DNA of 59,592 bases, filler included, from Platydemus manokwari (lineage: Eukaryota): NCBI GenBank assembly GCA_037951405.1. It is 6 parts of 6 records of this genome, joined end to end, with 100 filler letters (N's around TTAATTAATTAA, not from the genome) between each part and the next. Parts side by side here need not be neighbours in the genome. Positions count along the whole stretch, not along the records: positions 1 to 9,233 come from JBBMOY011279762.1; positions 9,334 to 19,454 come from JBBMOY011166435.1; 4 more parts are not named here. One strand, given 5' to 3'. Within the stretch, counting starts at the first letter, position 1. Each line of letters opens with the position of its first letter. Below the pieces are notes generated by a model. It was not told the DNA's origin and made no database searches. It saw only the letters and a program-made list of their open reading frames with translations. Shown here in pieces: positions 1 through 12,312 of this stretch. Both the position numbers and the translations under genes were made by a program.

Positions 1-177
1 TGTAAAATTCGAATATTGTTCTACCAAATTATTTATATTTATTAAAATATAAAAATGTTTAAATTATAATCCTAAATAATAATGAGGCTGATTTATGCGA
101 TTGAAAATATTACTCTGATATTATAACAATTACTCCATTTTCTGATTAATTAAAAGGCTTTATTTATCAATATATAG

Positions 178-3100
178 GTTATCCTTAATCAAGACAGGCT
201 CATGGAGAAATTGGAAATGTTACAAGAACAAGTAGAAATACATTCGAAAGTTAATTTTAAAAAAATGTATGTTAAACCATTAATCTATTTTGAAGGGTGA
301 TGAACAAGATTCGTTAGCAGTTGAATTAAGACGAGTCTTGGAGCAGCGGTATGGCTTAGAAAGAGAGAGTAAAAATCTGTTAGAAAGGTTAATCCAAGAA
401 AAGGCTGATGTTTTACAACGTGTTGTCGACTTAGAAGTAGTTAATATCACTTTCAATCGTTTATTTATTATTTTTTCCAATAGCATTCCTTAGAAACCAG
501 TGAAGAAGAGTGTTCTCAACTCAGAGCAGCATTTGAAGCACTTCAACAAGAACATGGTAAGATTTCGAGTAAAGTGGTTGCTGGGAAAGATGAAGTCGAT
601 GCTCTTCAAAAGCGATTACAAGAAGCACAAAATGAGTACAGCACCGAAATGAGTCAGTTATCTGCAGATAAAGAGACTTTATTAAATAGATATTCACAAT
701 TGTGTGACGAAGCTGATAATTTACGTGCAAAACTTGAAAGCATGGAACTAGAACTTGCCGAAGGCCATTCAAGTAAAAATATTGATCTTGATTATACTTA
801 AAACATCAAATTGGTCTTCAGGCGCACGAGCAGAGCCAATCAAAACAGGAAAACTTCGAGGTTGGTTATGTTTTATTTTTGTTAATATTCAGCTTCTAAC
901 TTTCATTGGCACTCTGGAGATCGAGACACATAAATTTGTCTTATAATTTAGTAAATTTGTAATGTTAATTAAGGCTACATAAATTAAAGCTAATCTGAAA
1001 TACGTAGATGTTATGATAACAATTTCGCAATGAACATTAATAAAACTATGAATAATGTTAAAAACACGTTATTTATAATGTATTTACAAGGTATTTTATA
1101 ATTTAAGAACATTTTTAATGATTCTTTGATCAAAAATAAGGTAAGACAGTCAAGAAAAATCCATATTTTCTATTTAAATTGCTTAAACAGACAAAACTGA
1201 TTTTCCTAATTTATTCAGTTTTATATAATTTTAAATTTCATAGAAACATATTTGTGAAATACCAATCGAAAATTTTAATGATGTGTCACATCTTGGATTA
1301 TTTATCATTAAAGGTGGACTTTCAACAATTATTGATCATTTTTTTAATCTAGAATATAATATTCAATAATAATTTTGTACTGTATCCTCGTGGGTGTTAA
1401 TTTTTGTAATTATTATTATAAAGTTGTATATTATTCAACATATTTGAATCGCGTATAATTTCGATTATTTCAAGGAATCTTTTAAACATACTTCAAAATT
1501 TGATCATCTTTAAGAGGAAACCAATTCAAAATGTTGATTTATCACTGAAAAAATTTAATCCATAGAATTGGACAGAAATAGACAAGGTTTTTATAAGATG
1601 TGTGAAAAAAAATTGGTGTGAAAAATTTTGGGGTGAAAAATTTTGTTTGATATTATTGTAGGAATCCTTGAATATTTTCTAAAACTATATTATATTATCA
1701 TTTAATTTTAAAATGACTTAAGTGCAATGCTTTGATTGGAATTGTTTAAGACTGGATTGACAAAATTCGAAACTGTCCACAATTTAATTTTTTGAATAAA
1801 ATCATATTAAATGCACTCATCTAGATTTATCATTAAAACTGTTGGTTTGTGAGATAATATATTCTGAGAAATATTTAATAATCGTTTTTAATTTGTATTT
1901 TATATTAAAGCCAGAAAATGGTGAAGCTAGCAGCGAAATGTTAAAATCTCAGAAATTAACAGCGATTAATATTTTCGTATCAATTGTAAATCATATTTAT
2001 TAAAATGACTAATTTTTCATAAATTAAATTTTGTTTGTCATTAAATTATTTGTTTTCTTAATTAAATAGTGAGTGATTTTATCATGTTTCAATCAGAATA
2101 ATCTGAACTATAATATAAAACTTGCCCACATTAGATTTTGTATCTGGTTTAAAATATGTAGAAATAAAAGGAACTCAATCAAAATTGAATAGTAAATATA
2201 TTGTTGATCTCTGGGGTGTCATAAATACATCATATATCACGGGGATTTTAAAGATTTTTACCATGATTAGTTATGGCTCTCATTTCGTTTAGAAGAGCTC
2301 AATTGGACAGAAAGTGAAATTTACAAATATAGAGGTTTGTGTATGTCTGTGAATTATTCTTATGCACTTTCGCTGTACTTCAGCGTCTTAAATTATGTAT
2401 TATATGGCTTCAAGTAGCTGTTTATATCATTTTTCTCTCAATTTTGTTTTCGATTATTCATCTTTCTCAGTTTTATAATTTCTTGATTATCCATATCACA
2501 AAGTCGTCGTATATTGATGTTTTAGAATTGCTTTTCTGATTTATATATCTAGTTGTTATCAACGCTGATGGTTACAATGCCAAATGAACATTATATGAAC
2601 ATGAATAATGTGAGATATTCAACAGACATGATACATAAATTCCTAATTAATAAATTCAATTAATAGTGAAAATCACTTCGTTAAAATTTTAATGTTCTCA
2701 TTTAAAAGAATTTTAAAAAATGTTTTCTAATGATTTTATTCATTGCTTATCTAATAAACTCTCAATCAGGTATACATTTTATGAATTAATTTTATTATAT
2801 CAAAGAGCATGATGAAATTATGGTATAATATTAGATCAGTAACATATGATATTGTTTACTGTTAATTTCTATTGTGGTATTGCAACCATATTAGTTATAA
2901 AATTGTGATTATAATCATATCATTCAATTTGCATGAGCTCAATAGATTGGTATTAATTATTTAATCTTCGGCATTTTTGTAGATATGCTTCAAGAATCAT
3001 CTGACAAGCAGGTTGAGCTAACATCTTCAGTAAATGGTTTACAATCTCAATTAACAAAAGTTCTCATGTCGGAAATCATGAACCTACAAAATTTACATCG

Positions 3101-6060
3101 CTTGGAAGGTAAATTAGTTTTTGTTATAATTTTTAAATAATATAATTAATTCAATGTTTAGATTCTATGGCAGACTCAGAGACTAATCTCGACACATTCC
3201 TTATGGGCACCACATCTGATTTGGCGTTGCATTTCATTCAATCTCATCGTCATATCAGAGATGGAATGGAAATGATTGCCCTTTTGAAAGGTGATAATTA
3301 TTTTGTTATAAACATTCTGAATTTTCGTTTAGATGAAGTTTGTCGATTACAGAAAGCTTTACCTGCCGATGAAACATTAAAAGGTTCCTTGATTGAAATG
3401 GAAGGTTTAATTGGTAAAGTTTGTGATTGTCAAAGCAAAACAAAATCCATGCTGACAGAAATACCAGGTTTCGAAAGATTTATTCAAAAATTAACAAATT
3501 AATGATATTGGATTTATTTATTTTAGAAAAACTCTTATTAACTGTTATGGATCATTCAAGCTCAGATTTAATAGATAAATTTTGCCAAGTGAGTTTCCAT
3601 AACATTGTTTATTATTTGATAAATCATTTGATGAATTTCAAATCCTCTCTTCCAGACCTCATCCATTAGTGCTGAATCTGATGACTTTACTGCTATAACA
3701 GATTTCGATAAGTTGATCCAGATCCATGATGACAAAATCGATAGTAGAGAAATTAATTCAAAGATCAATATACTCACTCAAACTGACACAATTGATTTAG
3801 CTCATTCTGAAGTACAATCGTGTATCGAATTAACAACTCTTTCTACTCAAGTACAAACTGTAACTCCATATCCATTGATGGGACCAGAAGCTATATCTGG
3901 ACTCCAAGCAGAATTACGCCAATGTCTAAGTTTGTACCATATTATCTATCGATATATATTATTATGTGGATATATATATATTTTCTATTTTTAGATAACT
4001 TGGAAACAGAAAGGAAAACTACTGATTCTCTCAAAATAGAAATAATACAATTGCAAAGTAAGATATTTTCCACGATGTTGTGATTGTGTATAAAATGTGT
4101 GATTGTGCGCGTATATATTATATGAATGGGAATAATATCCATTATGAACTCTATTAGCACTTCGACTTTTTGAACAAGTTGCTGTTGAAAATCTCAACTT
4201 GCAAATTGTTATGGCTGAAAGTAACGTTTGGTGATTCTTGATTAGAGTTATAGTTTGTTGATTTATTTTGGCACTGGCTTAAATAACAGATATTTTTGAA
4301 TTCCAATTGTTTCAGATGACAAGCATGATTTACAGAATAAAGTCAAGACTGTCACCAATGATTTTGAACAATTGAAAAGTTAATTATTTAAAATTAGGTG
4401 TTTTTGAATATTTTTGTTGTTGTGAACATTTCTAGAACAATTAGATGAAGCAAAGACTGATCTAGAGTTAAGAAGAGAAACCATGCAGCGTGTCAGCGCT
4501 TCTGAATACGGTCAGCTCTATCAGGAAAGTCAACAATTACGAATTCAAGTACAAGAGATCGAAGAGGAAATGATTTTAAAACGCAAAGAGTACGACTCGT
4601 TATATGAACAGTATGAGGCCCTGTTGAATGATGACAAACTACCTCATTCTAAAGCTGTCAACGACAAAATTCACGATTTAGAAGAACTGTGTTCTCGACA
4701 ACGTGTCGAAATTGAAGAAATGCGAGAAACAATAAATGAACAATATCAGTCAATTCTAGCTAGATCTAGAAGAGTGAGTTATATTTATTTTTTGCTCAAA
4801 ACAGAGATTATATATCAAGATTTATATATGAAACAAAGATTATGTATTAATCCATATTTACAAGGTTTTGGGTTGAGTGTGTGAAAAGATTTATAATTTC
4901 ATATATACAAGGCTCATTTGATTTATACGGATGGAAATATTCTTAGTTTTAGACTTTAACAAGAAATATTTGATAAATTAATTGATCAAATATAATTAAT
5001 AAATATAAACAAATTTTATGTTGTTTACACAATCAACGATTAAATATTTCGAATAACATCTCTATGGTCAAATTATTTTGCATTTTGGGCGTTTAGTTTA
5101 CAATATTAGATAGTTTCGAAAATTTTGTCCCATGATTATTTTGCTCGCGAAACACAACTTGAAGAATTTGACTATTTGAGACGATGATGCGTTGAGTACA
5201 TCTTTTGCTTTATGTAAAGGTTATCTCTATTTTTGAATTTTAAAGCTTTTTCAAGTATTAAAGTATTCATTAGATCTTATCTTTATGTTAAATTGTCCTA
5301 AATGGATAGTTCAGTACTTGTGCAAGTGGAATGAATGATTTTAGTCTTATTTTTATAGCGACTTTACATACATTATAAGTATATTTTAAATTCAAATGAC
5401 ATTTTTATATGCTTTTGTGAAAGTCATCAAATTTTAATTTCTCTCATTGTAAAACTTGAAATCTGAGATTTACAAGATCACAAACGATTCTTTGGTATGA
5501 ATTTTTGAAATTCAGAAAGCTTAGTATTCACTATTTGTATAATTTTATTTCCAAAAAGTGCATTTTATTTGGGATCCATTTTTAGTAATGTTTTTACTTT
5601 ATAATTGGCGTTACATATGGTTTACCTATACGAGGCTTTCTATTTATTAACTCAGGTGAACAAGCACACCGCGCAAGCTAGTACATTTTTGTCGTCGCTG
5701 CGTCGCATACCCGAAACTGAATCGGTTACTTTGAATCATGATGGTTTATTGCATACACCATTGTTGATACGTAGCCTAAGTTGGTCTAGGAGTAAATTGA
5801 CTGAATCATAGTGAACGGTGAGAGATGATAAAATTTATGGGAATAATTTATTGGGTATATGGTTTTGCAAATAATGGTCGACAGTTTATTTTTGGTATCG
5901 GTTTTTATTTGAAAATTTAAATAATATTTGATGATATATATTAATTTTGCTACTAATTTTTCAGATATCTGCTGTTTCTACAGTACCTCTTTGTGTGCTT
6001 ATGGTAGCATTCATTGTATTTATTCTGTCTTTTTTGGCTCGACCTTGGATATCAAATTGA
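178..6060 (+). CDS. SLMAP: Sarcolemmal membrane-associated protein (SLMAP) homologue, multi-exon, 5'-partial (FHA domain upstream of window); coiled coil plus C-terminal tail anchor
   Basis: Phase-consistent GT-AG exons: 178-249, 296-436, 484-772, 822-860, 2983-3108, 3162-3290, 3333-3467, 3527-3588, 3656-3929, 3995-4057, 4158-4220, 4316-4378, 4436-4773, terminal 5965-6060. The spliced N-terminal part (QDRLMEKLEMLQEQVEIHSKGDEQDSLAVEL...SKNLLERLIQEK...EHSLETSEEECSQL) parallels the vertebrate SLMAP coiled coil as I recall it (EDRLLSRLE...CSKNQTEDSLRKEL...AKESLRRVLQEK...ERSLSNTEDECTHL). Last exon ISAVSTVPLCVLMVAFIVFILSFLARPWISN* is a hydrophobic tail anchor. Confidence 0.85.
5656..5811 (+). CDS. 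SLMAP: Candidate alternative terminal exon of SLMAP (hydrophilic, no TM segment)
   Basis: Acceptor tttattaactcag|GTG is phase 0, matching the donor after 4773; reads VNKHTAQASTFLSSLRRIPETESVTLNHDGLLHTPLLIRSLSWSRSKLTES*; more GC-rich than the flanking intron. Confidence 0.5.
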   Translation: MNKHTAQASTFLSSLRRIPETESVTLNHDGLLHTPLLIRSLSWSRSKLTES

Positions 6061-8964
6061 GAACCGCCAATAGTCACTCCGGGTCCTCAAAATTTAACTG
6101 TGCCTTCAAATACACAAGGACACAGAGTAAACATGCGTCCTATTGTCATGTTGCAATTATTTTAATTTTTGATGTTGTTTAGTGTTGATATTGATTAGAC
6201 ACTTGTATTATTGGTTTGCTCAATGACGCTTTATTCGCCGTTTTCAACGCCAAGAAATAGCGTGTGAAGACTTTATATTCTTTTTGTGTCTATTTGAGTA
6301 TATAGATAGAGATGCCTTGACATTATCAGATATTATAATTTATACTATTATTCTGGTTTCATTTCTTTCGTTATTACTGATCCAATAATTAATATTTTCA
6401 AGAATATCAATAAATTCGCCCCACTTGTACATATTCGTATTCTTTAATTTTCTAATTTATCGAGATTGTTTATCTCGTCAATTTCGTTTCGGTGGTTGTA
6501 AACGCTGTATACATTGTTATGATTTGTACTTAATAAGATGGGTAACAATTTTGTTGTTCTGCATTCCAAGATTTTATAATTCAATCAATTATCTTTCAAG
6601 ATTGTATTAGTGATTCTAGATTTATGTACGGTGAATTTCTACCACTCGAAAACCGAAAATATACTGAATTTATAAATTCCATTATTAAAAATGAATTACA
6701 AAACGATGAAAAACAATCCCAGTTAATTCCATTTAATGTGCGTGATTTATTTTTAATCTAAATTTTAGTTTCAAGAAACTTGTTTTTATTCAAATTATTG
6801 TTAAAATTAAAAATTTTATTCAATAGTTATGAAATTGTGGATCAATTTTGAATGTTTTTTTTAAAATTTTTGTGACATTGTCCATGTTTTCGTTAACTTA
6901 TTGATACAGAATTGTTTGATAAATTAGATATAAACATACTTATTTGAATTTTTTGTCTACATTGTTTGAACTGAATCTCTTGATCAAAATCACTTGTTGA
7001 TACATTTTTAGATTTTATTAAGGAATTTAAATGAAAGTAAGAAACAATAGGAGATTGTATTACATGTTTTAAAAAGTCATTCATGACTTCAAAAAACATG
7101 ATTTTATATTGTTTTTTGGATAGTTTCAAAAACCGATATTTCAATTATACTGAAAATCTTATGAATTTTAATGAACATTTAACAAGGACCATCAATATAT
7201 TAGGAATTTCTTGTAAATAATTATTTTGATTTAACTTAAAAATAAATTAATTTTTTTCAAAATAAATTGTAAAACAAATAGAAACAAATTAATCAGACAA
7301 TAGAAATTGATGAGTTCAAAAATAATATATGGGTATGATCAATTTCTCATAGATAAATAAATTTATTAAATAACAGGTTGCATAAAAGTATTGAATCTAA
7401 CAATATATGGTGACATGGTAGTTTGATCATAAATCATTTAGATCAATCTCATTTTCATTATTTTTATTAATGAACTTTATTAAATAAATTCCAATATTTA
7501 TGTTTTATACAGAATATCAAATTCGTTAATTCTAACCTGAATTAAGTAATTATAATTTTTATTTTGAAAATTATTAAAAATCAAAGCAATCATACTGATT
7601 TTATAGATCGTTATGTAACACCTAGTGTTAAATTTTTTATTAATTATGTAATTTCTTTTACATTAATTCTGTAACGATTTATTTAAAAAGGACAAAATAA
7701 TCAAATGTTCAAGCGGATGTATAGCAGATTGCAATATAATGAAGTTACCATGTGTGTTGTATTATTATACCAAGCACCTGCTGGCAATAAAAATTTAAGG
7801 AAGCGGTAGTGAGAATATTCCAGAATAAAGATGAAACCTTATAAAACTAGGTTTGTTCCTGAAAAAAAATAAATTTCGTTTGCATAATGACCGGATTAAA
7901 TTTCAACACTTCGAATAACGACCCGAACAAAGAACTTGAAATAAATTCTGGGTTCTGCTGAACTTGATATAATTTTCAGTAATTCGACTAACAATTGAGC
8001 ACCTCCATCGGCAAAATGGTTCTACAATTCACTTAACAATAAGTCGGTTCTTGTAACGAAATCTTTGGGTAAAGCCACGAACAATCAATATTCTTCGTCT
8101 ACTACTTGTAAAAATATTAACGCTAATGAACAAAAATAAAATATATCTTTTAATTAATTAAAATACGTATTTTATATATAATATAAATAAGCTACTCTTG
8201 GCAACGATAATCATGCCCTCAAAATCAACAATCAAGAGCGGAAAAGACCTCTCAAATAAAAAAGTGCGTGTTGAATTTTATAAGAATTTATAATATTGTT
8301 ACGTTGGGGCCTTATTAAATTGTTTGTTTTACTAAGCTCAATCCTAATTGACACCACTACTGACTTAATCAGACTCTATGAGTTCTTGATTAAGGCCACA
8401 GGTGTAATATACCTTATATTGTTGTTTTTTCACCTCGCACAGCCTTATTCCGTGATAACAATAGATATGGTAGTAGTAATATAATTTATTTAACCTAAAT
8501 ATCAGTCTCAGATTTATCTACTTAAACCGTTAACTATATTTTTACAATAATTTCACGAACCCTATCGATTAATAACGAAAACTTTAATGTTACAAATATT
8601 TATTAAATATGACACCAATACTAATTAACAAACATAAAAACAAATAAAATAAAAGTTTAATGTTAAAATTACACTTTCAAGACTGCTTACAATTTCAGGA
8701 TGATAGCGGCTTATACCTCCTTCTCTTGGATTAAAACCGATTACCAAAGATGTTTGAGCAACAAACTCTATAGTATGAGATACAAGATACATTATATAAT
8801 ATAGATTAGTATTTTACAGGTACAGTCTTACTTTGGGTCTTTCAGCAAATGCCGGGCATATACAGGAAAATTGATCTTCAGCACCTGATGATCTTTTTCA
8901 GTGTGTCGAATGGAAATTTGAATGATGGTTCTTTTTCACTTGATGTAACATCTTCTATGGAATC

Positions 8965-9233
8965 GTGGCAGCAAAAATAATGGCAGCGTAATTGTGTCGA
9001 AAACTTATGTCCGTGAAAATAATGGCAGTGTTGATTGAAATCACTACCTAATATAGGCAGTGAATCACTCGCAGATATTGTCTGCGATTAAATTTAATGC
9101 CAGTGAATATTTATTATTTTATTGATAGAATTTATTCACTGGTGAGAGAAATTCTATCTGAATAAATTTATTAGGCAGAGAAAATATCTCTCGATTAAAT
9201 TTAATCGAGTGATATATTTTATTCTGCTATAGA
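8965..9233. repeat. Palindrome- and short-repeat-rich segment, probable DNA-transposon/foldback subterminal region
   Basis: Repeated (t)ggcag motif; palindrome ctcgattaaatttaatcgag (9190-9209); hairpin tcgcaga-tattg-tctgcga (9069-9087); ccagtgaata...tattcactgg inverted pair; truncated by gap. Confidence 0.5.
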
Positions 9234-9333
9234 NNNNNNNNNNNNNNNNNNNNNNNNNNNNNNNNNNNNNNNNNNNNTTAATTAATTAANNNNNNNNNNN
9301 NNNNNNNNNNNNNNNNNNNNNNNNNNNNNNNNN
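9234..9333. other. Assembly gap spacer (N-TTAATTAATTAA-N, 100 bp)
   Basis: Same 100-bp spacer occurs five times; TTAATTAATTAA gives stops in all six frames. Confidence 0.97.
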
Positions 9334-12312
9334 TTAATCAGTTATACTAATAATTCAACAATAATAATTGGGAAAACGCCTTAATGTATACTAATTAAGA
9401 CCGGGTTAAATATCTTGTCGACCAGTATACATTGAAATTCAGGAAATCATTGGCAGAGGACTGGCCTAACAACTTTACAAACGAAACAGTAGATGAAATG
9501 TTTAACAGAAACTATGAATTCATTCTTTGTGTCTGCACAATTAAATCACCAAGGAACCCATACTTGGGTAGGGCCAATGATGAAAAAAGAAGTGAGACTG
9601 AACTGAAATTAAGGAGACTGCCTTTGAATTAGCCACGTAATGCACAAAGGTTGACTGTCGACCTACTCAAAACGACTTTGAAATACATTTCGAGAAAAAA
9701 CAGAAGCAAAATGCAGACCTTCCTGATTGCGAAGGATCGCGTACGAGAGCATGCAAAAATTATTGTTCACTAAAGAAAGTTACTGAAAGGGGTCAGAACT
9801 ATGACTTCAGCAGAATAGAATCAGAAACAATTTATACAAACCTTTGCAAAAAGGACCGAAGTGCTCCTGGAAAAAACAAAATCATACACTATATTTTCAC
9901 AAAATGTCTAGATAACCAAGAAATACCAGAGGAATGGAAAAAATATACATCATTAATGATACCAAAATCCATGAAAGAAAGTCACCATCCTCAAATAAGC
10001 TCTTGGTGCCCTATTGCTCTGCTCAACTGCAGCTATAAAATTTTCACAACTATTCTGTGCAAACAACTGAAGAATAGGATTGATGAAAACAACTTAATAT
10101 ATCCACTCCAGAACAGACTAGGTTCAAATGACGGATGTGCCAAACAAAACTTTTTACCTCGAGCCATTATAGAAGAACACAGTAAGAAAAATATCAATAA
10201 TGTTCACATTGGATTCTTAGACATCGAAGAAGCCTTTCCTTCATTAGATCTTGAAGCGATGTTCACAATCCTTGCGCATATCGGACTGACTTAAATTGCC
10301 ATCAAAATCATAAGATGTCTCTGCATAACCTGCCAAACTTCTCTTAAATGCGGAGATTATGAAACGAAGCAAATTTAAATTGATAAAGGGGTACAACAGG
10401 GCTGCCCAATCTAGATGCTTTTATTCAACATAGCCATCAATCCAATCTTGGTACAAACGGACAACTGTCTTATTGGAGGCCTGGTAATTGTAAATCATAG
10501 AACTGCATGCTTTGCCTATGCAGATGACATAGCAATTATTGCGAAAAAAATGGATGCCAAATGATGATCAATGAAACATTGGGTTCCAACTTAGTTTCAA
10601 GTTCAAACCCTCCAAATGTGGGCACTTCCATAATCAAAGAGCAAGTATTAACGCGGAGGAACTCCTGATCTACAATGAGAAAATTCCTACAATCAGTATA
10701 GAGAGCCCTATCGCTATCTAAGAGTGAACTTCTCTTTGAAGTTACATAATACAACAAAAGGAAATTTCATTGACATGGAAACTCTGATGAATAAACTGGA
10801 AAAATGCATTTTATTTCCATGACAGAAGCTAAGGGCCTTTGATTTGTTCGTACACACCAAAGTGACATTCTACATGAGAAATTACTGTCACTTATAGTAG
10901 ATTAGTGCAGTTCGATGTGATAATAAGAAAATATCTGAAAAAAATCCTTGGCGTACCAAAATTTTGCTCATCGAATTACCTCTACTAAACAAAATCAAAT
11001 GGTGGTTGTGGACTAAGAAGTATGACAGAGGAGTACATAATACAATCGATCACCCACGCATATTATCTATTAACGAGTAAACATGAAATGATTGGGATGT
11101 CGTCCATACACTTCTTTTAAAAAAGTACTGGATTGAATAATCAAGCTTCGTCAATCGAGGAATTATTAAAATGGGTCAATTCGCATATTCTACCAAATGA
11201 AAGACACAAAACATGTGGGGTAAAATAAGAGAGAGCATTAAAAATGCCGCAGAGAAAACATAAATCACTTTTTCCTTCATTATTATCAACGGTGAGATAA
11301 TGCCTAGAGTTCAATAAAGCTTTACAATCAATGGTTCTCATTACGAAAGGAATGCCGAAGTGAAATCAAAGAAAATCAAACAAAAGTCAAAACTGCTAGG
11401 ACAATGTTTTGTACGATCTTACCAATTAAACTGGACGAATCAAATCAGAAATAAACACCATAGCAGCTATTCAGAAGCTATTAGTCCAATGTGGTCAAAA
11501 GTAGTTGAATTCAGATTTATTTATGACGCATGGACGGACAACCTTTCCACTTTGAATACAAAGTACACGAGAGGAATGGCATGCAGAAAATGTTTATACT
11601 AAGTGGAATCCCAAACACATGTTTTCACCTGGTGCAAACCATATCACTTTTTGTACTCTATTGGCACAACAGAACCATGGATATATTGGCCAAGGAAATT
11701 GTTAACAATATGGATTACAGAGTCTTTGAAGAGAAAGAAGGTCAATTCACGGAATCGAAATTAAGGGTAGATCTTCAACTAATAAATGATCCAAAATCCA
11801 CGATCATCCTAGTCAATATAAAATACCCCATGGACGAATCTGCTTTAATGGTTGAAACAGCTCAAGAGAATACAGAAAAATACGCAGATCTATGAAATGC
11901 GATCAAAAAAGCGGCCGACTAGACTGTGAAACTGTTCACTTTTGTTGTAGGAGTTCTCAGAACTTGGCAAACACAGACGAACGACACGGTCCTAAAGAAA
12001 TTAAGGATGAAAAAACGATAAATAAAATAGCTCTTGTATGCATAAAGTCGAATATAAATACGAGCTATCTGTAATGGAAGTTCCATACTGGAAATAGGAC
12101 AGCAACAAAGACATCCTTAAAAATAATGGAAGATGGTTTCCAAGACAACATCGACTAGATGGCGGAGACATTGAATGAAATGTTGAATTGATTGCATGAT
12201 TGAACTGGCGAACTGTGGCAACATTGGTCGATCGAAAGAAAGAACCATGTACATACCACATTTTAATGTATAGGTATCTCGAATATTAATGTTTATAAAT
12301 AAATATTATTAG
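9334..12312 (+). mobile_element. Decayed non-LTR retrotransposon, R2 superfamily with restriction-like endonuclease (NeSL/R5/Utopia-like)
   Basis: Ordered RT motifs across frameshifts and stops: SAPGKN (~9860), IPEEWKK (~9925), SWCPIALLNCSYKIFT, LDIEEAFPSL, GVQQGCP (10388), AYADDI (10514), ILFP*QKL (LxPWQK-like), GGCGL (~11002). Then CRKC...ESQTH zinc knuckle (~11582), LRVDL...VNIKYPMD...EKYADL endonuclease, 3' UTR and AATAAA (12298-12303). Confidence 0.9.

Noticed and set aside
7690-8110. Coding exons in the GC-richer patch downstream of SLMAP
   Set aside because: All frames are interrupted by stops and no family is recognisable; probably transposon debris.
8880-8920. Hammerhead ribozyme cores at CTGATGA/CTGACGA hits (8885, 19320, 34671, 37744)
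   Set aside because: None has a stem II followed by a correctly placed GAAA and stems I/III.
9278-9289. TTAATTAATTAA as a biological palindrome or piggyBac site
   Set aside because: Embedded in Ns and identical at five gaps; a synthetic spacer.
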